From Oscillospiraceae bacterium (GTDB lineage: Bacteria; Bacillota; Clostridia; Oscillospirales; CAG-272): DNA of 64,000 nucleotides. Where the stretch lies: positions 2,975-66,974 of the forward strand of contig SVTF01000007.1 of assembly GCA_015063905.1 (NCBI GenBank). The letters are read 5' to 3'. The position numbers were made by a program, and so were the translations under genes. Under the pieces are notes generated by a model. The model did no database searches. It was not told where the DNA came from and was given only the letters and a program-made list of their open reading frames with translations. This document shows positions 18,289-27,003 of the stretch, piece after piece (position 1 is the stretch's first letter; each line of letters begins with the position of its first letter).

Positions 18289-19513
18289 TTGAAACCGCCT
18301 TTTCGTCTTGCGAGCATATATGCAAGCAAATGTATGAGAAACACAGCATCAGCTGAGTGGGCGTTATGCTGTATGTTACTTCAAAAATCTCAAAAACAAG
18401 TGTGGATATTATCGCCGCCAAAACAAATCCTTTGAAAAGTGTTTTTTTGCGGATCTTGACCGCCTTGACAATCAAGTAAACATAGAAAGAATAATAGGCA
18501 ATAAATCCAATGATTCCTTGATTGTATAACAACTCAACAAAGTTGTTGTGCGAATAATACATGTGTCCCGTTACGCTTGACGCGTTGTAATATTTAAAGC
18601 TATCAAAGCCGTGTCCCCACAACGGGCTGGTTTTCCACTTGTCAAAGGCTGCGGTAATCATTTTTTCGCGGAACAACGAGGAGCTATCCGCCTCTGCTCG
18701 GTTGTTAAACAAGGCGAAAAATTCATCAAACCTGATTCCAATGCTTTCATACAGCATAGGCACGTTCATAATCAGCTGATATATCACAAAGCACACCAAA
18801 ATAACGAGACAAGTGCTTTCCAATACGTGAGATTTACCTTTCTTATCAACCTTATTTACAAGGAGAACGTAAACAAATATAATCGGAATAACAACATATT
18901 TTCTTCCGCCCGACATAAACATTCCTACGTAAAGAATCACCACCGACAACAAATACAAAACCTTTTCTGTGGCAGTTTTGCTCGATATCAAGAGCCAGAT
19001 AGAATATATTGCTCCCATCATCAGCATGACTGCAAAAATGTTTGCATTTCCGGTCAAAGAGCTTCCAAATCTGTCGGGAGTCTCCGTAAAATTAAGTTTG
19101 CCGGTAACAAATAGAATTATCATCAATCCAACCGACGATACGACAAAAGCCTTCATGATCATGTTAAAGCGGGCTCTGTTCCATGGCATTTGAGTCAAAA
19201 TGAAAACGATTATGAAATTTACTATCAGCGAATAATACGTTCCGCCGAATATCGAGAAAGAAGGTGAATAATACATTGCCACAAGGGCAAACAAAAGGCA
19301 GATCAGCTCCCACCATAAGATAGGAGTCAGCTTGATCTTTCCTGAGTATATAATAGCAAATGCCGAATACAGCAAAAAAGAATACAGAGCAATTGAGTTT
19401 ATATAAGTTGGAAGCAATCCATCTAACGCAACATAGCTTGTCATTATATAAAACATAAACAGACCAAACCATGCGCCTACTATTGATGTTTTTATATTAA
19501 TGGTTTTTGTCAT
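18275..19513 (-). CDS. wzy: Wzy-like polymerase / O-antigen ligase family membrane protein
   Basis: 412 aa, more than 10 hydrophobic segments with one larger loop. Its position between the flippase and glycosyltransferases supports the call. GGAGGAAG RBS. Confidence 0.6.
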   Translation of the reverse strand: MTKTINIKTSIVGAWFGLFMFYIMTSYVALDGLLPTYINSIALYSFLLYSAFAIIYSGKIKLTPILWWELICLLFALVAMYYSPSFSIFGGTYYSLIVNFIIVFILTQMPWNRARFNMIMKAFVVSSVGLMIILFVTGKLNFTETPDRFGSSLTGNANIFAVMLMMGAIYSIWLLISSKTATEKVLYLLSVVILYVGMFMSGGRKYVVIPIIFVYVLLVNKVDKKGKSHVLESTCLVILVCFVIYQLIMNVPMLYESIGIRFDEFFALFNNRAEADSSSLFREKMITAAFDKWKTSPLWGHGFDSFKYYNASSVTGHMYYSHNNFVELLYNQGIIGFIAYYSFYVYLIVKAVKIRKKTLFKGFVLAAIISTLVFEIFEVTYSITPTQLMLCFSYICLHICSQDEKAVSNEQD

Positions 19514-19579
19514 AGCTTCCTCCTTCTGAAAAATTATTTTTTGTTCTCGCTAAAATTGGGGATTCGTTTGCACCTTGGA

Positions 19580-20299
19580 TTACACTTGTGACGATCTCAA
19601 ATGTTTCAAAAACTCATCATATCCGTCGAACATAGGCTTTGTTTGTGAATAAAGCTCCATGGATCTTTCATAGGTGCCAACGAGTCGCATCTTTGTTTTT
19701 TCGCCTTCGGTAAGCGAAGTCTCGTCGCGCTTTTGAAACAGCCAGAAAAACTCGTCAAAAGCTTCTATCGGGGGTTCTTTCCCCATTCGTTTTACGTAGC
19801 AACGGTAAAGCTCTTCTGCCTCCTTGAGTTGCGCGTCAATTCTTTTTTTGCGGTATTCTTCCACAGTCATAATGGGCTTTGCGGGATTTCCCGCGGCAAC
19901 GTATCCATTGGGGATGTCTTTGTTTACTAAGCTGTTTGCTCCGATAATACAGTTGTCGCCAATATGTACACCCTTGAGAATGGTTGTATGCATACCGATA
20001 AAGCAATTGTTTCCGATCACTACCTCACCTGCAGAGCCAAGCACCTCTCCGTAAGCGCCCTTGATGACGCTCCAATCGTATCCGTGCGTCAAAATAGTAA
20101 CTCCGCTTGTTATCTGGACGTCATTGCCTATTTTCAGCATAAAGGGGCGCGTTGCGTCTATAACCGTTGATTGAGGGTCGAATATTCTGACGCGCTCTCC
20201 GATTTCCGCGCCGCCGCGGCGAAGATACTCTATATATGTTTCCTGGTCACACCTGTGAGCATAAAACAGCTTTTTTATAAAGCGCTTGATCTTTTGCAT
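19580..20299 (-). CDS. Hexapeptide-repeat (LbH) O-acetyltransferase
   Basis: Hexapeptide repeats VVIGNNCFIGMHTTILKGVHIGDNCIIGANSLVNKDIP..YVAAGNPAKPI, plus a ~90-aa C-terminal helical extension. Confidence 0.8.
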   Translation of the reverse strand: MQKIKRFIKKLFYAHRCDQETYIEYLRRGGAEIGERVRIFDPQSTVIDATRPFMLKIGNDVQITSGVTILTHGYDWSVIKGAYGEVLGSAGEVVIGNNCFIGMHTTILKGVHIGDNCIIGANSLVNKDIPNGYVAAGNPAKPIMTVEEYRKKRIDAQLKEAEELYRCYVKRMGKEPPIEAFDEFFWLFQKRDETSLTEGEKTKMRLVGTYERSMELYSQTKPMFDGYDEFLKHLRSSQV

Positions 20300-20318
20300 A
20301 GTATATCTCCGGTTTTCG

Positions 20319-21398
20319 TTATTTTGTCAGCTTTAATATGTATGACTCCCACATGTCGATTATCTTTTCGGGAGCGAAGCGATTAACAACGTCTTTAGCA
20401 TTTTCGCCGCATTTTTTCGCAAGCTCGGGATCCTCGGCAAATTCACACATTGCCGCTGCGAGCGCCCTTGCGTCCTCAATTGGAGCTAAAATGCCGTTTT
20501 CATGATCAGTAATTAGCAGTCTTGCACCGCCGGGGGTGTGATCTGTTGAAACACAAGGTAAACCTACAGCCATCGCCTCGAGCAAAGAGTTGGATATGCC
20601 TTCAAAATCTGAGGTGATGATGAACATTCCGTCGCCGCAGGTGTCTTGCATCGGCTGGGTCGTCAGTCCCATAAATTTGACCCTTTCGGCAAGCCCGCGC
20701 TCCGACACCCATTCGGAAATGAGTTTTTCGTCGCTTCCCCTGCCGTATAATTTTAGAACGTACTCTGGATGCTTGTCTGAAAACAGCTTGAACGCATCCA
20801 GCATAACGTCATATCTCTTTTGAAAATTATCAAGTCTACCTACCGACACCACGCTCTTTTCGCGTTTATCGTGATCTACATGCGGCACGTCTCCGCTGAT
20901 AAATATCGGATTAGGTATTACGACTCCGCGTTTCTGCAAGCCCTTGCAATAAAAGTCCCTTGCGCCCTCCGTTTGAAAAACGCCGCCCTTAGAGGAGTTT
21001 ATGATCTTGAGAACGAGACCGTTTTTGAAGCCTTTGCCCATATCAAAGCGTTTGGGGTCGCCCCGCTCTGACATTATTGAGGGAATTCCCAAGGTAAAAC
21101 CGACTATTCTTGCGATAGCATTGGGTATTTCCGTAAAGCCGATGATAATATCTGCTGACATCTCTTTCGCAACGCGGCGAATTTTTAATATCTGTTCCTT
21201 ACGGCCCAATTGCGAAACGTCTATTACCGAGATCCTGTCAGAAATTCTTCTGTCATAGGTAACCGTATCAACCGTGGCTTTTAAATTTACAATACAAACC
21301 TCGTGGCCACGTCCGCTTAACTGTTCAGCAACAAACGATAGCATCTTTGCGGCGCCCGCAAAGCCGAGACTAGGTGTAATAAACAGCACATTTTTCAT
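20319..21398 (-). CDS. Glycosyltransferase family 4 (GT-B, group 1)
   Basis: The ORF track starts at the GTG at 21434. The ATG at 21398 gives the typical MKNVLFITPSLGFAGAAKM start. The E..(7)..E region FEGISNSLLEAMAVGLPCVSTD is present. Confidence 0.85.
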   Translation of the reverse strand: MKNVLFITPSLGFAGAAKMLSFVAEQLSGRGHEVCIVNLKATVDTVTYDRRISDRISVIDVSQLGRKEQILKIRRVAKEMSADIIIGFTEIPNAIARIVGFTLGIPSIMSERGDPKRFDMGKGFKNGLVLKIINSSKGGVFQTEGARDFYCKGLQKRGVVIPNPIFISGDVPHVDHDKREKSVVSVGRLDNFQKRYDVMLDAFKLFSDKHPEYVLKLYGRGSDEKLISEWVSERGLAERVKFMGLTTQPMQDTCGDGMFIITSDFEGISNSLLEAMAVGLPCVSTDHTPGGARLLITDHENGILAPIEDARALAAAMCEFAEDPELAKKCGENAKDVVNRFAPEKIIDMWESYILKLTK

Positions 21399-21437
21399 AC
21401 GTTGGCAATCCTTTTGCAGAGTTTTTATTAGCACTTT

Positions 21438-22259
21438 TTACAGTTTGTTTTTGTACGACGATCGAGTATCTATTGCCACGGTCAAATGATGCGATACTCT
21501 GTTTTCGGGGGCGGGAAGCTCCATATAGTTTCCGTATATAGTTGATAGCCACTTATCGTATTCCTTGGGGACCGAAACGGTTAAGCCCTCGAACGTTATC
21601 AACGCGCCATCGCCATACCAATCGATAGGCATTATTTCTTTATCCCCATATATGCTTGAAAAATTGGTGACATACTTGTCACTTTTCATAGAAGTATGTA
21701 GCCTTTCAAGCTTGATCAACGCCTTGCGCGGGTCCGGGCAAACAAGCTTACATCCCTGGCGGATCAGTCTTTTCTTAAAATCAAGCTTAAGATCTTTTGC
21801 CAGACTGCTTGACCGCAAAGAGTATATTCTTTCTTTAAGCTTGAACAGTGTGGAGCTTTTAGTATCTGTATCGCAATAATCCAACGGAAAAATGTCGATA
21901 AACATACCGTGGCTCATTTTATTGCTTTTGACAGAGCACTCTATAAAGGTGGTGTTTTCGTTTCTTAATTTTGCAAACACCTTATGGTATCCGAGATCTG
22001 TAGAATACGTTTGCAGAAAAATATGTTCGGGCAACAGACTCTGAGCCTCTTTCAAAAATTTTTCATAATCCTCTCTGAACATAGCAACGTCAATGTCGTC
22101 GTCCCACGGGATAAAGCCCTGATGTCTAACGGCGCCCAGAAGAGTACCCGCAACCAAGAAATACTTGATATTCAATTTTACGCAAGCATTTGTAAAGTGC
22201 TTAAAGATTTCAAGCTCGACGGCCTGAAGCTCCTGAGTTTGTTCGGGTGTGAGCGTCAT
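21438..22259 (-). CDS. licD: LicD family phosphotransferase (phosphocholine / phospho-alditol transferase)
   Basis: 273 aa. LVAGTLLGAVRHQGFIPWDDDIDVAM is the LicD/fukutin-type nucleotidyltransferase-fold signature. Confidence 0.8.
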   Translation of the reverse strand: MTLTPEQTQELQAVELEIFKHFTNACVKLNIKYFLVAGTLLGAVRHQGFIPWDDDIDVAMFREDYEKFLKEAQSLLPEHIFLQTYSTDLGYHKVFAKLRNENTTFIECSVKSNKMSHGMFIDIFPLDYCDTDTKSSTLFKLKERIYSLRSSSLAKDLKLDFKKRLIRQGCKLVCPDPRKALIKLERLHTSMKSDKYVTNFSSIYGDKEIMPIDWYGDGALITFEGLTVSVPKEYDKWLSTIYGNYMELPAPENRVSHHLTVAIDTRSSYKNKL

Positions 22260-22302
22260 AAATGTGATCTCCCCAGATAGCAGAATGATATTTTTTGTTT
22301 TA

Positions 22303-23019
22303 TTATGTTATGCTCTTGAGCTTACCGAGAACGGCTTCCCAATCTTCGGGGGTGTCGATTTCGGCGCACAGTCTGTCTTTAACGTCATAGGCATAAATGA
22401 TACAGTCATCGGTTATTTCGTTCAATGCCTTTTCGGCATAGCATGTGCGCTTGTCCGATTCGCAAAACTCGCAGATCTTATTAAGCCATTTTGCCCATTC
22501 AGCCTTGTTAAGCTTGTACAGCGCCTGTGCCTCCATGGCATTATCAAAGAACTCAACACCCACTTTCTTGACGGTGCCGTCAAAAACAACCGCCTTGAAA
22601 TCCTTTTCGGGAAGCGCAAGAGATGAGCTTACCTTCATGCAGCTTTTTTCAAACGCGAGAATGTCATGTAATACCGACCTCTCAAACACGAGATCTCCGT
22701 GCATCATGATTATGTCCTGGTCAACAAGCTCTTCCTTTGCACAGTAGATCGAGTATATATAGTTCGTCTTGTCATATATGTCATTGTGAACAAACTTGAA
22801 ATTGAGTGAGGTGTTCAACGAATTGCAATAATCTATCAAAACGTCTCTAAAATATCCCGTAGTGATAATAACGTCGGTGATTCCCTCTTGCTCAAGCATT
22901 TTCAGCTGACGGCTCAGTATTGTATCGCCATCGGTCAAATCTGTCATGCACTTTGGGTGTTCTTTCGTGTATTTTCCCATACGCGAGCCCATGCCCGAAT
23001 TAAGTATAAGTGCTTTCAT
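22303..23019 (-). CDS. LicC/TarI-like nucleotidyltransferase, copy 2 (directly upstream of licD)
   Basis: 238 aa, the same length as the ORF at 14159-14875 and collinear with it (~83% identity by hand count). Confidence 0.65.
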   Translation of the reverse strand: MKALILNSGMGSRMGKYTKEHPKCMTDLTDGDTILSRQLKMLEQEGITDVIITTGYFRDVLIDYCNSLNTSLNFKFVHNDIYDKTNYIYSIYCAKEELVDQDIIMMHGDLVFERSVLHDILAFEKSCMKVSSSLALPEKDFKAVVFDGTVKKVGVEFFDNAMEAQALYKLNKAEWAKWLNKICEFCESDKRTCYAEKALNEITDDCIIYAYDVKDRLCAEIDTPEDWEAVLGKLKSIT

Positions 23020-23067
23020 TTCTTATCCCCTTTTTTTCTTTTCAGTTGTATCAATTGCGTGTCAAAA

Positions 23068-23973
23068 TCAAAAAATGCTCAATCCAAAATCCCCAAACAG
23101 TTTAACTAACGTTGAGAGCTTGACTTTGCGGTTTATCGGATATTCTTTAATAAACGTTTTTCTGATCTCTTTGATCCTTTGTTTTCCGTTGTCTATTTTG
23201 ACGCCGAGCTTTTTAAGCCTTACCGTGTTCGCAAGCCACAGCAACGGAGCCGCAACGGTAGGATACATCATTCTTTTTATGGCATGCGGCAATGCCAAGC
23301 CGTTTATGAGCAGCGATATATTTTTTTCGTCATTCCAATTCCATTTGTTTACCGCGGGCTTGTGTATTATCAGCAAGTCAGAGCAAAACGCGTTGATCTT
23401 CCCTGCGTCCATCGCCTCAAGAGATGGAGGTATCTCCTCATATCCGTATTTGTTTGGAAGGTATGGAGCGCTTTTATAAAACGATCTTCGGAGGAAATGA
23501 GATCCGCCGCAGAACATCAGGCACTTGTATAACCCCTCCGATATGATGGGACCGCCCACATCAAGCCTGTTCTTTTCCCAAGCGGTATCGTATATCTGCG
23601 TTGTAAGAGTCACTATGTCGGGATTATTATCCAATATTTCTATTGCCCGCATGAAAAAGCGCGGATCGTTCGTGCAGTCTATTACTGCGTCGTCATCAAG
23701 AATATATGTATACTCGCCGCAAGCCTTTTTATACGCGTAATTGCGTCCGCCGCCAACGCCTAAGTTTTCGGGGAGCTTTTCGTAAAAATAATTATATCCA
23801 CAATTCTCAAGCGTTTCGTGTACAACGCAGTCCGTATTGTCCGTTGACGCATTGTCTATAATAACAAATTCAGTCTCTTTGGGCAACTCACACGCAAGAC
23901 AGCTTTGCAGAGCTTCTTTAAGTTGGTTCGCGCGGTTCATGGTTATAACCGCAATTGAGAGTCTAATCTCCAT
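23068..23973 (-). CDS. Glycosyltransferase family 2
   Basis: SIAVITMNRANQLKEALQSC......ETEFVIIDNASTDNT is a GT2 signature; 301 aa. Confidence 0.85.
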   Translation of the reverse strand: MEIRLSIAVITMNRANQLKEALQSCLACELPKETEFVIIDNASTDNTDCVVHETLENCGYNYFYEKLPENLGVGGGRNYAYKKACGEYTYILDDDAVIDCTNDPRFFMRAIEILDNNPDIVTLTTQIYDTAWEKNRLDVGGPIISEGLYKCLMFCGGSHFLRRSFYKSAPYLPNKYGYEEIPPSLEAMDAGKINAFCSDLLIIHKPAVNKWNWNDEKNISLLINGLALPHAIKRMMYPTVAAPLLWLANTVRLKKLGVKIDNGKQRIKEIRKTFIKEYPINRKVKLSTLVKLFGDFGLSIF

Positions 23974-23988
23974 CGTTTCTCCCTGATT

Positions 23989-24519
23989 TTATTTCTCTGT
24001 GTCGGGCTTTCTTGATTTAAGGATCTTTGCCGGCACGCCGCCAACTACACTGTAGTCAGGCACGTCCTTTGTTACTACGGCGCCCGCGCCTATAATACAT
24101 CCGTTACCAATAGTCACGCCCGGCATTATTATTACTCGTCGTCCTATCCAAACGTCATCTCCGATGACTACGGGCTTGGTTTCGGTAAATCCTTGGTCCA
24201 TCATTGGTACATCTGTACTACCGAATTCATGCCCGCTTGTATACACTACGACCTCCGGACCCATCATAACGTCCTTGCCTATGGTTACGGGACCGTTTAT
24301 CTCACAGTCGATTCCCACGCCCGAACGGTCACCGATAGAAAGACCCGGAGTAAAGTATGCTCCATGCTCAATGTTGACTTTTTTTCCGCATTTTTTGGCT
24401 ATCCCTTTGGCAAATGTGCGGCGCAGCCATTTACCCGGCGGAAAATGATCGCTTTTTGGCAACCAGCATGCCAGCGCCTTATACATCACGTATAATATCT
24501 TAGTTCCAATGTTCCACAT
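23989..24519 (-). CDS. Hexapeptide-repeat acetyltransferase (WcaF/serine-acetyltransferase-like)
   Basis: VVIGDDVWIGRRVIIMPGVTIGNGCIIGAGAVVTKDVPDYSVVGGVPAKIL. Confidence 0.8.
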   Translation of the reverse strand: MWNIGTKILYVMYKALACWLPKSDHFPPGKWLRRTFAKGIAKKCGKKVNIEHGAYFTPGLSIGDRSGVGIDCEINGPVTIGKDVMMGPEVVVYTSGHEFGSTDVPMMDQGFTETKPVVIGDDVWIGRRVIIMPGVTIGNGCIIGAGAVVTKDVPDYSVVGGVPAKILKSRKPDTEK

Positions 24520-24520
24520 T

Positions 24521-25567
24521 TTACAATATCCTTTTAGCTATGATTTCTACGCACGAGGAAGGCAGATATTTATCGGCTGCCGCCAATGCCGTTGCCTTCA
24601 TCTTCGAAAAGTCCTCGGGCTTGTCCGCGGCTTTTATCAGCAGACTTTTGAATTCATCTACGTTACCAAACTCATATCCCCAGCCTGTCACCCCTTCATA
24701 AAAGACGTCTCCGTAATTGCCCCACAAGGCAGTAATTACGGGAACTCCCGCGGCGCACGCGTCTATCAGGGTTCCGGGGATCCCCTCTGTATAGAATTTC
24801 GTTGGGAAAAGTAGCGCGAAATAGTCTTTAAGAATTTCCACACTTTTTGAGGAGTCCACCATTCCCATATACCGTATATAGTAAGGAAAAGTAGATTGCA
24901 ACTGCTCGAATCTCGTCTTATACCCGTCGTCTATCGGACCGAAAAGATCGAGTGTAAACACAACGCTTCCGGCGGCGTTGTTGATCTCGGTTATGGCGTT
25001 GATGGCGTCCTCGACGCCCTTTTCTTCCATGATCCTTGAAAATATGCACAGCTTATGAGGCGCGTCGTTGTCAAAGGTGAGATCCTCGGGGCAAAGCGGC
25101 TCTATATATTTGAAATTTCTCAGGATATAGACGTTTTTAAAGCCAAGCTTTTCAAGGTCGTTCTTCATGCTTGTTGTTTCAACGTAAACTCCCTCAATGC
25201 GCTTTGTCATATTCCGATAAAACTTGTGCTTGCCAACAAACACGGGCATCCATCCGCCTACGACGGCATAATGTATTTTCCGTCTGCAAAAAATATTCAA
25301 GAAAGAAAACAGAGTGAGAAAAACTTTAAATCCGTTTGCATCGGGTAGTATTACTATGTTTTTGCATGAAAAGAATACTTTTAGAGTGCGGAACAAGAAC
25401 GAAAAAGGATTCTTTCTGAAATAATATGTATCCAGTCTCTTTATTTCCTCTGACGAAAAAGCTTCGCTCAGTGCGCGGAAAAGATTTTTGGTTTTAACTG
25501 TTTGCCCATCGCAAAACGGTTCGTTTCCGCCAAAGTGACCGATCAGTCCGATCCTGTTTCGACTCAT
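24521..25567 (-). CDS. Glycosyltransferase (GT-B, group 1-like)
   Basis: 348 aa. The C-terminal region FPTKFYTEGIPGTLIDACAAGVPVI fits the GT1/GT4 donor-binding motif. AAGGAGA RBS. Confidence 0.75.
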   Translation of the reverse strand: MSRNRIGLIGHFGGNEPFCDGQTVKTKNLFRALSEAFSSEEIKRLDTYYFRKNPFSFLFRTLKVFFSCKNIVILPDANGFKVFLTLFSFLNIFCRRKIHYAVVGGWMPVFVGKHKFYRNMTKRIEGVYVETTSMKNDLEKLGFKNVYILRNFKYIEPLCPEDLTFDNDAPHKLCIFSRIMEEKGVEDAINAITEINNAAGSVVFTLDLFGPIDDGYKTRFEQLQSTFPYYIRYMGMVDSSKSVEILKDYFALLFPTKFYTEGIPGTLIDACAAGVPVITALWGNYGDVFYEGVTGWGYEFGNVDEFKSLLIKAADKPEDFSKMKATALAAADKYLPSSCVEIIAKRIL

Positions 25568-25586
25568 GTATTGTCTCCTTAATTCA

Positions 25587-26570
25587 TCAATATGTTTTTA
25601 TTCCCAGCAGTCCAAGCAACGAGCCTATACCGTAAACGACGTGGAAGGCGGGATATAGCCAGATCGTTATCAATCCGCACTTGGTGGGCTTTATTTTTAT
25701 GAACGAGAAATAAACGTTCAATAGCATATACAATGCCATTTCTGCCGCGAATGCCCACCAAAAGAATGGCAAAAAGGCAGATATAATAGGCATGACGATG
25801 AGCGAAAGCACGAACACAAACGGAATAAAATGCCTTACGCTCATGGCTTTGGGGTTCTTTCTTATGGTGTGGAACAGGGCATTTCCGTTCATAAATCCCA
25901 TTTTAAGTATGCCGCCTATCGTATCTCGGCAAAAGTATTTGAATCTGATATCCTCAGCAAGCCAGATCTTTCCGCCGCTTTCTCTTATTCGCGCATTCAT
26001 GTCGTTGTCCTCGCTGCGAATAAGCTCCGTATTGAAGAGGCCGACACGGTCGAAAACCTCGCGTCTGAACGCTCCAAAAGGAACGGTGTCCGCATACCTG
26101 TTGCCGTTTCCTGTGCGGAAATCCGAGCCGCCTACTCCGAATTTTGTGGAAAGCATTTTTGATATTGAAAGACCTATAAGTCCTTCTGCCGACGTTTCCG
26201 CCATTCCGCCAACGTTATCAGCATCAGTGTTTTCCAGATAATACACACACTTTTCTATGTAATCGGGATAGTAATCGGCGTGTGCGTCAAGTCGGATTAT
26301 ATAGCTTCCCTTAGCAGCCTCGATTCCCAAATTTAGCGCGTATGGCGCCTTTCTCTTCTCGTTAGGAAGTAAAACGATGGGATATTCACCGCCTTCAATA
26401 TAGTTGTTTATAATTTCAACGGTGTTGTCTGTGGACATGCCGTCCAGGAATATCCACTCGGACTTTTCTTTTGGAAAGCTTTGTCCCGCGAGAGAGGAAA
26501 TCAATCCATCTATATGTTTTTCCTCATTGTAGATCGGTACTATCACCGAAACGGTTATCTCTGAACTCAC
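25587..26570 (-). CDS. Glycosyltransferase family 2 with C-terminal membrane segments (ExoA/GtrB-like architecture); first gene of the locus
   Basis: VSVIVPIYNEEKHIDGLISSL..Q........IFLDGMSTDNT and RLDAH motifs. The last ~90 aa are hydrophobic. GTG start 5 nt after GAGGAT. Confidence 0.85.
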   Translation of the reverse strand: MSSEITVSVIVPIYNEEKHIDGLISSLAGQSFPKEKSEWIFLDGMSTDNTVEIINNYIEGGEYPIVLLPNEKRKAPYALNLGIEAAKGSYIIRLDAHADYYPDYIEKCVYYLENTDADNVGGMAETSAEGLIGLSISKMLSTKFGVGGSDFRTGNGNRYADTVPFGAFRREVFDRVGLFNTELIRSEDNDMNARIRESGGKIWLAEDIRFKYFCRDTIGGILKMGFMNGNALFHTIRKNPKAMSVRHFIPFVFVLSLIVMPIISAFLPFFWWAFAAEMALYMLLNVYFSFIKIKPTKCGLITIWLYPAFHVVYGIGSLLGLLGIKTY

Positions 26571-26930
26571 TTGCTATCCTCAACTTTCTTGCTGATTTTA
26601 CCTGTTTTTTTATGATTTATATAAGCGCGATAAGATTACTACCTAAAGATTGATTTTTATATCTGTTTTATAATGTCGATTTGCGTTTTTTCACAGCTGC
26701 CTAATATGCGTTTTTGGCAAACTTATACATTATACTATATATAATTATTATAACACACTAAATATATACTCGTCAAGTGCTTTTTTACAACTTATGTACA
26801 CATTGCTAAAAATATATTTACAAAATTTGAATTTTTGTGTCGAGGATTGATGAATCATGTTGAATTTGCGGGCAGAATGCCGAGCTATTATATCAAATTT
26901 TGAAAAAACCGGCGATTTACAAAAAATGCA

Positions 26931-26958
26931 TTGAATTTTTGGGAAAAAAGTGTATAAT
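26931..26958 (+). promoter_or_regulatory. Sigma-A-type promoter (TTGAAT-16-TATAAT) for the Gly-rich membrane protein
   Basis: ttgaat 26931-26936, tataat 26953-26958. It lies in a long AT-rich divergent region that must also hold the polysaccharide-locus promoter. Confidence 0.5.
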
Positions 26959-27003
26959 ATAGTTGTGATAAATCATAGCGTTAATGAAAGCGAGGATGTA
27001 ATT

